A stretch of DNA of 64,000 bases from assembly GCA_023213395.1 (NCBI GenBank), contig CM041465.1, forward strand, positions 233,499,741 to 233,563,740, read 5' to 3'. The notes under the pieces are model-generated. The model saw nothing but the letters and a program-made list of their open reading frames with translations, searched no databases and was not told the origin of the DNA. The DNA is from Cycas panzhihuaensis. Lineage: Eukaryota > Plantae > Cycadophyta. Positions within the stretch are counted from its first letter, which is position 1; each line of letters starts with the position of its first letter. This document shows positions 26,878-41,379 of this stretch, one piece after another. Both the position numbers and the translations under genes were made by a program.

Positions 26878-28932
26878 CAAGCATAAAGTCAACCCACCTA
26901 CTCTTTAGTACCATCGAGTCTACTTAGGTTCTCTTGAGAGTTGAGATTTTTATGGTTCCATCATAGAAGGTATGGCATATTGATGTGTCTTCACCCCCAC
27001 TAGGAACTAATCCCTAGTTGGTTGAAGGTATCGATCACTAAGGGCCTCATAATGTGTTGTAGAGAGGGTCTTAGTCTAATAGTGATTGGTAAGAAAAGTG
27101 GTTGAGATTTTGGTTTCACAAACAACCTACGATGTACCCTGGGAATTTGGGGAAAGCAATAGGTCTAAGGAACTATGGGAATTAAGACATGCTTAGGCTT
27201 GCCCTGATGCCATGTAGAATTCCTACCAGATCTTTGCCAGTTTTGCACAACATACATGCAAATCAAACAGAAGAATGAACACAAAATACACAAGTTTTAA
27301 TGTGGAAAACCCTTTTGGGAGAAAAACCCACACACGAAGTAATAGCTGGTGATTGATTAGATGCACCAGTGATTACATTGTTTCCTTCGCACTTCTCTTC
27401 TACCCTATCTCGGATCCATTATAAATGATCCAAAGGGCACAAACATGAAGAGTTGTGACTCTTTCAAAAGGTTCAAGACTCTTCTAAATGGTTGTGCCCC
27501 ATCGAACTTTGATACTCATGCCTTTTTGTATCTCGATCCTCCATGTCCTGTCGACTCTTGATACTTGTGACTCTTCATATCTCGTTCTTGGTTTGCACCA
27601 CTTACTGCCACATAAAGCTTTAACTCTACCACGCGTTAATCTTAACCATGGTTGCTAACATCCCCCCTTAGGCAAATGTCGGTCGAGGACTCAGCATACA
27701 TTTGCAAAAAATTGTTGTGTCATAGATAATCTTCAAGGCGAGTGGGTGTTGACCTTGTAGATTTATCCCCCCTTAAGGAAAACCTCGCGTAGTCCCAATT
27801 TGACACAAATCCTTCTAAAATGATCTTCAGTAAGTGGCCTTGTGAAAATATCTGCTAGTTGTTCTTCACTTAGATAATATCCCACAATCAACTTCCCTAC
27901 TTTGACCATCTCCCTAATATAGTGGTGTTGTATCTCAATATGTTTGGTTCTGGCATGAAACTCAAGATTCTTCAATAGTCGAATAGTTCTTTGATTATCC
28001 ACAAAGATAGTTGTTGTGCTATTTCGAATGTCAAGAACTTCTAGTATTTCTTTCAACCAAACTGCTTCACGAGCACCCATTAAGAGTCCCTGGTACTCCA
28101 CCTCAGTAGGAGATAAAGCAGCAGTCTGTTATTTTTTTGATTGCTATGACACTGGTCCACCACCAATACCCAACACATATCTTGCAGTAGATTTTCTGTC
28201 ATCGGAGTCACCACTCCAATCAGCATCAATGTATTCTTGCAATTGTAGATCACCATCTCTCAAATACTCTAAACCAAGATTCAGAAAACCTTTCAAATAT
28301 CTTAGAATCCTTTTGACTACAACCCAATGTGGCTCTTGAGGATTTTGTATATATCAAGAGACCAATCCAACATCATAAGAAATGTTAGGCCCAGTATGAG
28401 TCAAATAAATTAGACTTCCTATAACACTTCTATATAACGTTCCATCAACTACAGACTTTTGCATATCCTTCAGAAGTTTTGTGCCTTTGACAATTGATGT
28501 TCTCGTAGGTTTGTAATCCTTCATCCTGAACTTTTCAAGCAATGATTCAACACACTTCCTTTGTGACACCAATATCTTATCTTTTGACTATCTAATCTCG
28601 ATGCCCAAAAAGTAATTAATGAGCCCCATGCTTGCCATATCAAAATTCTCCTATAGGTGTGCTTTTATCACCATAATCTCCTTGCGATAACTCCCTATAA
28701 CAATCAAATCATTGATATACAAAATAATCACCACAATAGATAAAGCAGTCTTCTTGATATATAAATTTGGCTCGAAATCTATCATAACATATCCTTTATC
28801 CTTCAAGGTTGCATCAATCTTCGCAAACCATGCTCGAGGTGCTTGCTTTAGACCATATAAAGATTTCTTCAAACAACACACACTTTTCACGTCCTTCCTC
28901 AATGAAACCAAGAGGTTGTACCATGTAAATCT
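26878..28932 (-). mobile_element. Element C: Copia RT/RNase H 3' end plus an LTR (27213-27660) flanked by both PPT and PBS; its leader continues at 9611-10160
   Basis: RT/RH fragments at 27763-28930 ([27 protein letters not shown]). PPT complement TCCCCCCT at 27661. PBS-like complement GCCCTGATGCCA at 27201-27212. RT is broken at EIYMVQP by element D. Confidence 0.8.
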
Positions 28933-31395
28933 TGTTGGTTAATTCAGAGAAATAGATGGCTGATGAGTAGGATTTAATCAATTTCATTGAGGAGATGATC
29001 TCTTAAATATACAATGAGTCTTGTAACTGTTATGTCATGTTTTGTAACCAACTTCTAAAGACATGACACTTGTCACATTTACATGCGTGAGTTACATAAT
29101 TAAGCATTTATTTAATGACCCTTTGTAATGCCTAGATAAAACATTACCTCCTAACACCCTCTCTTAATGTTTTATCTCTCTCAATCCTATTTTGTCTCTC
29201 AGAAACTGAAACTTTTCTTTTCCTAGTGACTTTGTTAATAGATCTGCAATTTGTTCTGTAGTAGAGTAGTACTCTAGCTCAATTTCTTTATTGTGAACCT
29301 TTTCTCTTATGAAGTGGTGATGAACTTCTTTGTGCTTGGTTTTGGGATGAAGAATTGGATTCTTGGTCAATTTAATAGCACTATGATTATCATAATATAA
29401 AGTTGTTGATTGGCTCTGAGGTTGATTTAAATCGATCAGAAGTTGTCGGAGCCATACTGCTTCACAAGTTGTAGTTACAACTACTTTGTATTCGGCTTCA
29501 GTTGAAGAAAGTGCAACGGTAGGCTGTTTTTTACTGCACCATGAAATCGCAGTTAGTCCCAAGAAAAACCAATAGCCACTTGTGAATTTTTTCTATTTTT
29601 TATCACCTACCCAATCTGAGTCACAATATCCTATAAGTTCTACTGATCCTTTTCGTGAGTAGATCAATTTTAGATTAATCGTTCCTCGTAGATATCTTAG
29701 TATTCTCCGAGCAACTTTCCAATGTCTTACTCTTGGTTCCTGCATATACCTAAAGATGACTCCAATTGAGTAAGATATATCGGGTCTGGTGGCTATGAGG
29801 TAAATCAGACTACCAATCAATTGTCTATATAAAGTAACGTCAACTAGTTGTTCTCCTTCATCTACTACCAAGTTGCAGTTGATTTCCATGGGTGTTGCAC
29901 ATGGATTGCAGTCTGTCATCCTGAATTTGCTTAGCGAGTCCTTTATGTACTTGCTTTGTGAGAGGGAAATGTGGTCTTGTTGTTGACTCACTTCCAAGCC
30001 TATATAATAGTTAAGAAGGCCAAGATTCGTCATTTCAAATTTCTTTTCTAGTTGCCATTTTATCTCTGTAATAGTTTTTTCATCATTTCCCGTGAGGATC
30101 ATATCAACTACATAAACAACAATTATGGTGATTAGACCATCTCTTTTGCTTGCGTACAGGCCGGAGTCTGAGTTGCAACGTTGAAATCTGTTGTGACACA
30201 AATGCTGATCTAGTTTGGCGTACCATGCACGAGGGGCTTGTTTTAGTCCATACAGAGCCTTTTTTAATTTGCACACCAAGTATTCTAGTCCTTCCTTAAC
30301 GTACCCTTCAGGTTGTGTCATATACACATCTTATTCAAGGTCTCCATTCAAAAATGCACTTTTTACATCTAACTGAAAGTTCTTCTAGTTATGTAATGCT
30401 CCAAGTGCAATCACAGGAGAAAAAGTTTCTTCAAAGTCAATTTTGACTATTTGGGTATACCCTTTTGCAACAAGATGGGTTCCCATTAGCCCCTTCTTTG
30501 ACCTTGTATACCCATTTGCAATTAACTACTAGTTTATTTGGAGGAAGTTCTACCAAGTCCCATGTTTGATTTCTAATAATTGAATCCATCTCAGCATCCA
30601 TGGTTGCCTTCCAATTTGGTTGATCCTGAGCCTCTTGAAAGGATTGAGGTTCAATTCGGCTGAGCAGAGCTTTTGGTTTCTAACTTCTTGTTTTGTGATC
30701 AAGTACACTTCCTCTTTCAATTGTTTTGATGAACCATTTGGGCAATTTTTTTTCCCTTTCTTAAGTCTTCTGGGGCTCTTGAATGTTCTAAATAAGAGTC
30801 TACTTTCTATGTTGAGCTTCCTTCTTCAACTGAATCTATATGAGATGAGGATAATTCCATAGGTGGAATTTCTTCTATAGTAATATCCGATGTTTCTTCT
30901 TTGAAGACTTCTCTACTTGAGTTCTTTATTTTTTTCTCAATTATTTTAATTTGAGATTGAGAACCCAAGTTTTCTTTATTAAAAACTACATCTCTGCTAA
31001 CATAAATCTTGTTTGTTTTCAAATCAATGCATTTGTAGGCTTTTGAATTTTTGCTATACCCTATCATAATGCATTCTATGCTCTTTGCATCAATTTTTGA
31101 TCTTCTTTTATCTGGTATGTATACATAGGCCTAACTACCAAATACTTTAAGCAAACTGACATTAGGTTTCTTACCTGTCCACGCTTCCTCTAGTATGACG
31201 TTCTCCAAGGCTTTATTTGGACTTCTGTTTATAAGGTAGCAGGCTGTATTAACTACTTCTGCCCAATATGATTTTGGGACCTACTTTTCATAGACCATGC
31301 TTCGAGCCATCTCCATCAAGGTTCTATTTTTTCTCTCAGCAATCCCATTGGACTGTGGGGTGTAGGGTGTGGTGACTTCTCTTCCATTGTCTCTA
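28933..31395 (-). mobile_element. Element D: Copia 3' half (3' LTR, RNase H, RT, integrase C-terminal part), interrupted by E
   Basis: LTR 28933-29156, PPT complement CCCTCTCT. ORFs 29164-29562 (RH), 29593-30327 (RT) and 30807-31067 (INT). The rest lies outside the window or is deleted; predicted TSD AATCT. Confidence 0.88.
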
Positions 31396-31893
31396 TGTCT
31401 TCTAAGGTGATTCCAGAGACTTCTTCAGCAAGCGTGTTGTATTCTATTGTCTTTTATCTTCACTACAATGATATTCTAGGCATGTTTCAGTTTGTGCAGG
31501 GTCGATTGGAGTGTGCAAGGTCCATGGGAGCCAAAAGCGATCAACACACAGTCATCAATAGTCGCCAATCAAGAAAGGAGCACCACAGGAGGATAACAGA
31601 TTTGCGTAGGGAAGTGCCTAGCCATGAAACGAAAGGTGCACAATCCCATAGCCACGCAAGAGGAGATGCTCCCAACACTAAGGGAAAATGCCCAACAACA
31701 AAGTAAGACGCAAAAAATAGCAGACAAAGAGTAGCCTCCATTTTTTCTTTTTCACAATCTTGCAAATTAGCCAACATTTGGCGTCGTTGTCAATACAAGA
31801 ATTCAAAGGGTCACCCTTGATTCCATGCGCCTTGTGATTGTCTGAATGACAACATTAGAATCGCAAGCACGTGAGTCAAGATAGGCTAGAAAT
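31396..31893 (+). mobile_element. Element E: 5' LTR and tRNA-Asp-like PBS of a probable Gypsy (Athila-like) element, interrupted by F
   Basis: TG at 31396 and CCAACA ending at 31776. TGGCGTCGTTGTC at 31779 has two C->T changes from the plant tRNA-Asp PBS TGGCGCCGTTGCC. Confidence 0.6.
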
Positions 31894-34800
31894 TATTAGA
31901 ATATAATGTTTCATCTAGGAATGTGTAAGTGAAGGTCATATAAAATTCCTCTGTGTATCATAAGACAAGTGTCTACCGCATGTCACTCAGACACATGATG
32001 GTTATAATATATCATTGTATACATATAGAGTTGATCTCTCATAATAAATCACCGATAATTCTTCTACTTCTCTCTGATTTGCAACATGGTATCAAAGTAG
32101 GTTAGCCTGTTTATTTGACAAGAAGAATTTGCAATTGTGTGAGTCATTTTGAAACAAAACTCAGAGGCTAGAGGTAATACAAGGAAAAGAACGAGATCAG
32201 ATTTTCCATAGGATTAAGAAGGCTATAAAATTCAATCCCGTATGGAATTGTATGAGCTAATACGGGCCTGTACCAACACGAAAAATCAAAGTGCTCAAAA
32301 TTCGATGAAACTTGGCCAAAAGGTAGACCTTAGTATGAACAACAATTCTTTCAACTGACATAAAGTCATCCTAAGTCATCTTGAGGACGTTTTACCCCTT
32401 TTTTAGTCTGCACGAGTTTGGACCTCCAATCTTAGATTTCTTCAAAAATTTCTTCAAATTCTGGGTAAAATCACTCATAATCTATTTGATTCTGCATTAC
32501 AAAGAGATTGAGTCCAATTTCGTTGAATATTATTGAAGATTTGAAGATTTAAAAGGATTTTTCCTCAAAAACCTAGCCACCCATTTAAAGATTTCGGGCC
32601 AATTTTCTTCCTAACAAAAAACCATCTCTAGAAAATAATCACATATTTGAAATCCTCTTGTGAAGTACTTCGATTCAAGGTACATTTCTTACCAGTTTGT
32701 ACACCCTCATTTCCATATGGAAATCCGTACAGTTGTACAACTAGACACTGTCTCTAGTTTCAGACCTTGATCTCAACATTTAGAATGGCTTCCACTGTCT
32801 TGGCTTTGTCTGGTCAAGACAAACTTCTAATTATCATATGTGGAAGATCAAAGTAGAAACATTGATAAGAGCCAAAAATGCATGGAAGATAGCCATAGGT
32901 TTAGAAACAAAACCTGATGATGATGATGTTGACTTACTTAGCTGGGAAGAGAGGTAATGCAGGATTAATCACATTAAAACTCTCCGTTTTAGATCCACTT
33001 CTTGTTTATGTTGAAAATCTGAACTCATCCTCAGAAGTTTGGAAAATATTTGAAAACATGTATGGCCAGAAAATAGGGCTCAGATCATAGCTTTGAAAGA
33101 AGATCTATTTAAGCTACACATGAAAGAAACTGAAACAATTTCAGAGTTTCTTCATAAAGTTGTTTCAATCAGAAATGATTTGTTAAGTGCAAGAGCGAAA
33201 ATAGAAGAACAAGAGATTGTCGAAATGATAGCAAGCAAGCTCCTGAAATCATTTGATGTTACAATCAACACAATTACTAATAATGATCAGATTAATACAA
33301 TGACTCTTGATACATTGATAAGATTGTTGTTGAGACCAGAGCAAAGAAACAAGCGATATGAAGATACAACGGAGATGTAGGAGGTTTTTGTCACCAAACT
33401 TCATTTCGGACCGAGAGGAAGGGGACAATTTCACGGTCGTGCTAGGGCTCCAAATACCAGAAGCTCATCTCGTGGGAGATGGCAAGAAAACTGAGAACGG
33501 GGATGCAACATTCCTCCTAGAGAGGCCAGAGTGTGGTTTACTTGCGAAAAACTAGGGCACTTTTCCAGCAGTTGCAGAGCCTTTGATGTCTATTACCACT
33601 ATGAACAAACCAGGCATTATTCATATCGATGTCCATAGAAAAGAGCTGAAATTCTAAAAGGAAAATGCCCTACAGGAAACTATAGCAAAGAGTAGGATGA
33701 CAAAGATGAAGAAGAAACTGCCTTCATTGTTGCACCCACTACAAGTCTCGAAAATGAGGAGGTGTGGTACATTGATTCCAGAGCATCAAGACACATGATC
33801 GGACGAGAGGACTGATTTGAATTACTAAAACCTTACACCTCAAACAAGTCTATTGAGTTAGGGGATAAATATCCTCTTAATATCAAGGGGTCGACACCAT
33901 AGCAATTCAAATAAAATGAGGTATATAAAAAATTAGAAATGTGCTCTTTGTTCTTGGCTTAAAAAGGAATCTCCTTTCCGTTTCCTAGCTGAGAAAGAAA
34001 AAGTTGAGGACTGTGTTTGATGAAGATGGATATTGTCATATTTTAGACATGAAAAAGGGTGGAGATGTGATTGCAAAAGGTATAGAAAATAATGACCTAC
34101 ATAGATTACTTTCCAACTATGTGACTATCAATGTAAAGGCATGTACTACAACCAATGTTGATAATAATAAATTATGGCATTTGAAATACAAGCATATCTC
34201 ATCAGACAAGATAATGCAGTTGCAAAAATATAAAATGGTTAATGGTCTTCCAAATATTTCATTTTAGCATCTTGTTTACAAAAGTTGCATGCTAAAAAAA
34301 CATTGTTTTCTTTTTAAATTAAATGAATGGCGAGCTCAAAGCAAGCTAGACTTGGTGCATACTAATGTGTGCAAACCCCTCACACCCTGCTCAATTAATG
34401 GTGCTAGGTATTTTTTGACATTCATTGATGATTTTTCTAGAAAAACCTAGATTTATTTTCTTTACAGCGAATCCGAAATTTTTGAAAATTTTAAAGAATT
34501 TAAAGTTGAAGTCGAACTGGAATCTAGAGCCAAAATAAAATGTGTCAGATCAGATGGTGGAGGCGAATACATCTCAAAGGATTTTTTGAATTTTTGCAAG
34601 ATACATGGAATACGCAGACAATTCACAACTCCATACAAACCACAGTCCAACAAAGTTGCCGAATGAATGAACAGAATGATCATGGAGATGGCTCATAACA
34701 TGATTGAAGAAAGCTAGATCTCAAGAATTTACTAAGTTGAAGCAGTCTGCACAGCTAGTTAACTTATAAATAGAAGTCCTACAAAGTCCCTAGAACAAAT

Positions 34801-35090
34801 TACACTAGAAGAAGCCTGGACTGGAACCAAACCAGATGTAAGTAATCTAAGAGTCTTTGAATGTCAAGCTTTTGTCCATATACCAAATGAAAAGAGATCA
34901 AAACTAGACTCTAAAAGCACATAATACATAATGGTAGGCTATAGTAAAAATTCAAAAGCCTACAAGTGTATAGATCCTAAAACAAATAAGGTCTATATAA
35001 GTAGGGATGTTGTTTTCAATGAAGTTGATCTCATAAGGGACACCCCAGTTCAACAAATAGTTGAAGAAGCGCCCAAGATTTTATAAGAAT
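31894..35090 (+). mobile_element. Element F: Copia 5' half (LTR, PBS, gag, protease, integrase), interrupted by G
   Basis: LTR 31894-32086, PBS TGGTATCAAAG at 32087, gag ATG at 32785 (MASTVLALS), [37 protein letters not shown]. Confidence 0.9.
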
Positions 35091-35655
35091 GTGTAAAGTG
35101 TATATTTTTTCTAATGTTGTAACCTTAACTTGCAATCTAAGAGGCTAAAGCCCCCTTTCCCCCTCTTTAGGCATGCCTGCACAAGTTTAGGCATGATTAA
35201 CACTTGTCAATAATGTTGTGATTCCAAGGCGAGCTCTCTCATCTATATAAGAGACCATTCTCTCTTATGATGTATAGTGTGAGAGATGAATGTATTGTTA
35301 GGTTACTGAGATTAATCTAAAGCTTTTTGGAGAGTAGATCAATTCTACCTCCTCCATTTTCTTGTGTGCTTAATGTGCTTGCGATCAATTTCTTGTGGGT
35401 GATCTTGTCATTTTACTGTCCTTCAATATTCCTCAACTAGATTTGCTTTCTAATTTTGGTATCAGAGCTTAGTGTTGAGGGTTTTCTAGTTGAAGGCAAG
35501 CTAGTTTCTGCTTCTCTTTGGTGATGACCTTCACCATACAAAAGCGATCTAAAGGAGGATTTGTTTCTTCCTCGCTCTCAAGTTTCAAAGATAATTTTTT
35601 GAATTTTTTAAGGGTTTGACACTAAAAATATTTGAAGTTTTTTTTGCTGGGTTAA

Positions 35656-35656
<1 letters not shown>

Positions 35657-35708
<52 letters not shown>
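35657..35708. repeat. (TA)n microsatellite
   Basis: About 26 TA units, directly visible. Confidence 0.95.
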
Positions 35709-35713
<5 letters not shown>

Positions 35714-35729
35714 AATTAGTGGCTATTTG

Positions 35730-36025
35730 CTATGGCTCTATTTTTTTAGATTTGCAAGATTGTGAAAAAGAAAAAAGGGAGGCTACTCTTTGTTTGCTAT
35801 TTTTTGCATCTTATTTTGTTGTTGGGCATTTTTCCTTAGTGTTAGGCTCATCTCCTCCTGCGTGGCTATGTAATTGTGCGCCATTCGTTTCTTGAAGTGG
35901 TAGCTTGCTCCCATTTTCAACTCCTTTCTTGACTGGCGACTATTGATGACTGTGTGTTGATCACTTTTGGCTCTCGGACCTTGCACACTCCAATCGGCCC
36001 TGCACAAACCGAAACATGCCTAGAT
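35730..36025 (-). repeat. Inverted partial copy of the element E LTR inside the G leader
   Basis: The reverse complement aligns with 31472-31775 (CTAGGCATGTTTC.GTTTGTGCAGGG...TTTCACAATCTTGCAAAT). The ORF translations share AKSDQHTVINSRQSRKE. Confidence 0.85.
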
Positions 36026-39000
36026 ATGTGATCACACTAAAAATCATCTCATTTTGATTGAAAATCGATTGTAATCACGCGATTCAATGATTTCTTGCTG
36101 TGCGACTGCCGCATGAATAGTTAGGCAAAAATATTTCATTTTTTTTATCTATGTTAATATATTAGGTAAAAATATTTAGAATATTCCTAGTATATTGTAA
36201 GTTTAATAATAGACCCTTTCTAAAATTTTTCATTAATAATTTTTTAAAATTATTTTTAAAGAGCGAAAAAACACCTATTTTGAGAGTTGATCACACCGAC
36301 TTCAACATTAAAAAAATTGCATGTACTTTTGGTGACCTAACACCAAAATTTTAATGTACTCTAAGCTCTTAAAGTGAAAACATTTTGCCAACTGTACTTG
36401 CTAGCCTCCCTATGTGGTGTCCTAAGTCAAGTACAAAGCCCAAAAGTACAAGCAAGACGAATAAAAATCAATGTTTCATGGTGTGTGGTGGAATTAATTT
36501 TTGATCCTAGGTGTCTCTTATCATGTGTAGGCATTGCAAAGTAGACTTAGTGCTTTTAAAATTTCATTTTTTGCACCAAAGAAATAACCATTTAAGCACT
36601 ACATCTCATTTCAAGTAGCTTTTGTTGGTGACAAATAAACAATATTTTCATCATGTGAGACATTGAGCATATGTTGGACAAATTCCAATGTCATTTTAAC
36701 CCATTTTTAAATATTTCAAAATGTTAAAATATTTTAAAAGTTTTAAGTGGGGAGGTTCGAAAAAGATTATCAACCTTGCTTCATTGTCTTAAGTTTGGTG
36801 CATTTCCTAGAGGTCCAATCAATCATACAACTAGTGCACGACAATTAAGACTTCTTGTAGGAAGGTTTGTAAAGGGTGCTAATAGAGCTGTGAACTTTAA
36901 AGAAAGTATGCCATGTAGATCAACCTTGCATTATTTGTATTAAAATTGATTTCTTGGCCAACTGTTGGATTTCATATATAGGTCAAGGTTGGATCACTTG
37001 ACAGTGAAATTCTCCACTGTCTTCACAATTTTGAGCTATCAGATCTCTTATATAGTTCAGGGTGGTTGTTGTGTTTGCAAATGGAACTTAAGTGGTGTAA
37101 CTGGATATTCTACAAGGTCAACTTTTAGTTACAAAATTTAATTCTTTAAAACATGGTTGCATCTATGTTAAATGCCAATATCATTAAATTCACAGGAAGT
37201 GAAAACTTTTTAGCATGGAGGAAGCAAATGAAAAATCTATTGATAATGAATAAACTATGGGGATATGTGAGTGGCAAAATCATCAAACCTGCATCAATTG
37301 TTGATCCAACAAATCCAAACAATATAATTCCTATGGATCCAATTGCACTTGCTGCATTCAATGCCAAAGATGAAGTTGTTGAAGATGGCATTCAACCTTG
37401 ACACTAGTTGATGATGAATACAACCCTTAGGATCTCATGAAAAAGAAGTTTGCTACTATAAGGAGATGATTAGCATCCACAATAAGCAGCTAAGAATATG
37501 AGCACCTAAGCAAGCATGAAGCAAATGAACTCAAGCACAAGTAGAACACAAAACATGGAGGACTAGGAATTTGTCCTTACTCCAAAATAAGTAAGATTGG
37601 ATTAGATTCAAACTAGCAGGATAATAGTACAATACTCACTCACATCATGTGATACATGAGGTTTGACCTCCTTATATAGAAATGGAGGAGGACCTTGGAG
37701 GTTTGAATGTTTGACTTTGACAAGTGTCAAACGTCCAAGCTATGCCTTTGCATGTGGGACAAATGTCCCTTGAGCTCTCTTTTTAAGCAAAAGCATATGA
37801 GGGTATATTAACCCTTAAGTTACAACATTATGTCACTAGAAAGAATGTGGGCGTGTACTTTATCACATTAGGTGATAAGTCACCCTTATATAAAGTTACA
37901 TAAAGTACATCAAGTTTATAATATAAAGTACAATACTTAACATGTAAACATAAAGATCTTAATACCCCACCTTAATGTTTACAATGTTAAGTCAGACACC
38001 AAGACCTTTTCTGAATTTCTCAAAATTTTCTCTACCAAGTGGTTTGGTAAAGTTGTCTAATAGTTGTTGGTTTGTGGGCCTATAGAAGAGGTCAATCTCA
38101 CCGTTATGATGCACGTGTTCTCTGATGAAGTGGTGGTGGACCTCAATGTGCTTAGTCCTTGCATAAAAACTGGATTCTTAATCAACTTGAGCACATTTTA
38201 ATTGTCACAATATAACTTGGAAGGGTAATCCTACTCAAGTCCAAGCTCACTAAGAATCCTCCTTAGCCAAATAGCCTGACAAGATGTATTGACTGCAATT
38301 TTGTACTTTGTTTCAATGGAGGACAAGGTAACATTTACTTTTTGCAATTCCATGAAACAACACTTGAACCAAAGGTGAAGCAATATCCCAAGGTCAAGTG
38401 ACGACTATCCTACCATTCTGCCCAATTAAAATCTGAGAACCCTTCCAAGATGAAGTTCTCATTATGCGTATACTGTAGGTCATGCTGCAATGTGCCTCTG
38501 AGATATTTTAGTATATGTTTTGCTACATTCTAATGCTTTTGATTGGGTTGAGACATGTACCTGGAACAACTCCCAACTGAAAATGAAAGATCTAGTGTAG
38601 TGTTGGTGAGATGGATTAGGCTATCCACTAGTTGTCGATATAATGTGGGATTTGCAAGTGTTGCTTCTTCATCAAGTGACAATTTAGTTCCATTCTCCAT
38701 GGGTGTAAGCAATGGTTTGCAGTCCTCCATTCTGAATTGCTGCAAAATATCCCAAGAATATTTGGCTTGGGAAATGAAGATATGACCTGGTTGTTGTCAC
38801 ACCTCCATGTTTAAGAAATAATGGGGAAGTCTAAGATCAGTCATCTCAAAACTCCTCTTAAGGTCATCTTGGAGAACTTGTATCATCTTAGTATCACTTT
38901 TAGTGATCACTAAGTCATCAACATATAGAATGACAAAGACAACATGGTTATTCCTAACTTTTATGTACAAGTTAGGATCTGATGATGATCGATGATATCC

Positions 39001-41379
39001 ATGTCTTAAAAATTAATCATCGATTTTTGAGTAGCATGCTCGAGGGGTCTGTTTCAATTCATTTTGAGGCGTGTTCTTTTCCATGTGCAACATAACTAGG
39101 AAGTTGCTCCAAATAAACCTCCTCTTGAAGATCACCATTGAGAAAGGCGTTCTTCATGTCTATTTGATAGATTGGTCACTTGCAATGAACAACTAAAGCC
39201 AATATTAGTCTGATGGTGTTTATATTTGCCACAGGTGCAAAGGTCTCCTCATAATCAATGTCTTTCTTTGGTTTAAATCCTTTTGCAACTAGTTGAGCCT
39301 TATGACACTTGATTGAACCATCAGATTGGAATTTGGTTTTATACACTCATTTGCAACTAATTACCTATTTATTTTTAGGCAATTTACCAAATCCTAAGTT
39401 CCATTCTTTTTAATAGAATGGATTTCTTCATCCATGACAGCTTTCCACTTTTACATGCCTCCTCAAAAGTGGAACGCTCATTTACACAAAGCACTTCAGC
39501 CATAAGTGCATAATTGACTGATTGCTGATGTATTTTTTATGGACGTTTTCCTTATATGATTTGATTGCTTTGTACTGTCTAAGTATACCATTTAGTTAGC
39601 TTTTTCATGGATGTAACTTGAACATCAATATCTTGGGCCAGTAACAGTTGATCAACAGAAGGACTACTAGGATCAAGTGGCGTTGTTGATGAAGATGCAA
39701 CTGAAGTAGACAAAGAAGTGGCAGGAGTAGAAGATGAACATGGTGTGGAAGATTGTGAGTGAAGGAAGTTCTCAACAATCTGCTTGACTTTGTCAAGAGG
39801 AGAATGGATGGATGTTGGTTCCAACTCCTCATTGTCCTATCTTTAGATATTTGCATTTTCTTGGAAATGGGATCATACACTCTATATGATTTGCTGCTAA
39901 GAGAGTAACTAATGAAAATACATTTGAGACTATTATGATCCAACTTTTTTCTTTGTTGTTGAGGAATATGCATATAAATAGTGCACCCAAAAGCACGCAA
40001 ATGGATTACAATTGGCTTTTTTCCAGACCAAGCCTCCTCTAGTGTTATATCAATGACTATAGTAGTAGGGCTCCTATTGGCTACATATGTTGCTGTGTGG
40101 AATGCTTATGCCCAATAGGAAAGAGGAAGCTCTTTTGCATGCATCATAACTTTGGCTTTGTTTGCCAAAATCTTGTTCATCCTCTTAGATACTCCATTCT
40201 GTTGAGGTGTGTGTGGAGCAGTGAATTGTCTTCTTATTCCATGGTCTTTGTAGAATTGGTTGAACTCTCTTGAGGTAAATTCACCTCCATTGTCAGATCT
40301 TGACATTTTGATTGAAGAATCTGACTCATTTTCCACTTCAAGTTTAAATTCCTTAAATTTGTCTAATGCCTCGGATTTGTGTTTGATGAAGTAAACCCAA
40401 CCTTGTGTGAAAAATCATCAATGAAAGTGATGTAGTACAAAGCTTCTCCAAGAGATGGTGTGGACGTGGGTCCACATAAATTTAGTATGAACCAGCTGCA
40501 AGGGTTGAGATGCACGCCATGTTTTGCCTTTAGGAAAAGGCTCTCAATGTTGTTTCTCCATTATGCATGCTTCACAATGACATTTTTATGCTGATATCTT
40601 TGGAAACCTAAACAACATGTTTTTGGTGAACACCATTTTGATGTTGTCTAGGCTCAAGTGGCCTAACTTGTTATGCCAAAGTTGTTCTTTGCTCTTAGAT
40701 TGAGTGACAGAATATGCTGGAGCAGTATCAAGTGTAATATTTGAAGCATCCAATTTGTAAAGGTCATGGTCTTCATGACCAATGGTAACCACTTAATCAT
40801 TCTTATCACTAATAGCACATTTCCCACCTTTAAACAATATGCTCATCTATTATTTATCTAATTGACTAATAAATAAAAGGCTTTTGTTCATAGAAGGTAC
40901 TGAGTAGGCATCACCTTTGGGAAATGTGGAAGCAGGGTGATCTGGAGAATGAAAGGAGGCAATTTTGTCCACTCTAGATATTTGATCTATCTTGTTGTTG
41001 CCAAAAGTAACAGTTTTCCCTTTTCCTTCTTTAACATCATAGAGTAACTCTTTATCACCAATCATATGTTGAGATGCTCTTGAATTAATAATCCATGTGC
41101 CATCACTTTGTGAGTTATGATAAGCACCAAATAGTTTGTCTTTAGTGCCAAACTTATTGGTATGGCATTGATTGCCACCTCTAAATCCTCCCCATCCTCT
41201 ATCACCTCCTTGAAATCGACCTCGATTTGGTTTAGGGGGTTGTTGTTGTTGCTGACTCTATTGCTGTCTTGGTTGTTGTTGCTTTTGTTGTTGTCTTAGT
41301 TGTTGGAATTGCTGTTGTTGCTGCATGTCAAATTGCCTTTTTCGACACTCAGGTGCAATGTGGCTCATCTTGCCATAAT

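Noticed and set aside
28933-35090. D and F as two halves of one inverted element
   Set aside because: Their LTR bodies differ and both contain the same integrase C-terminal region, so they are separate insertions.
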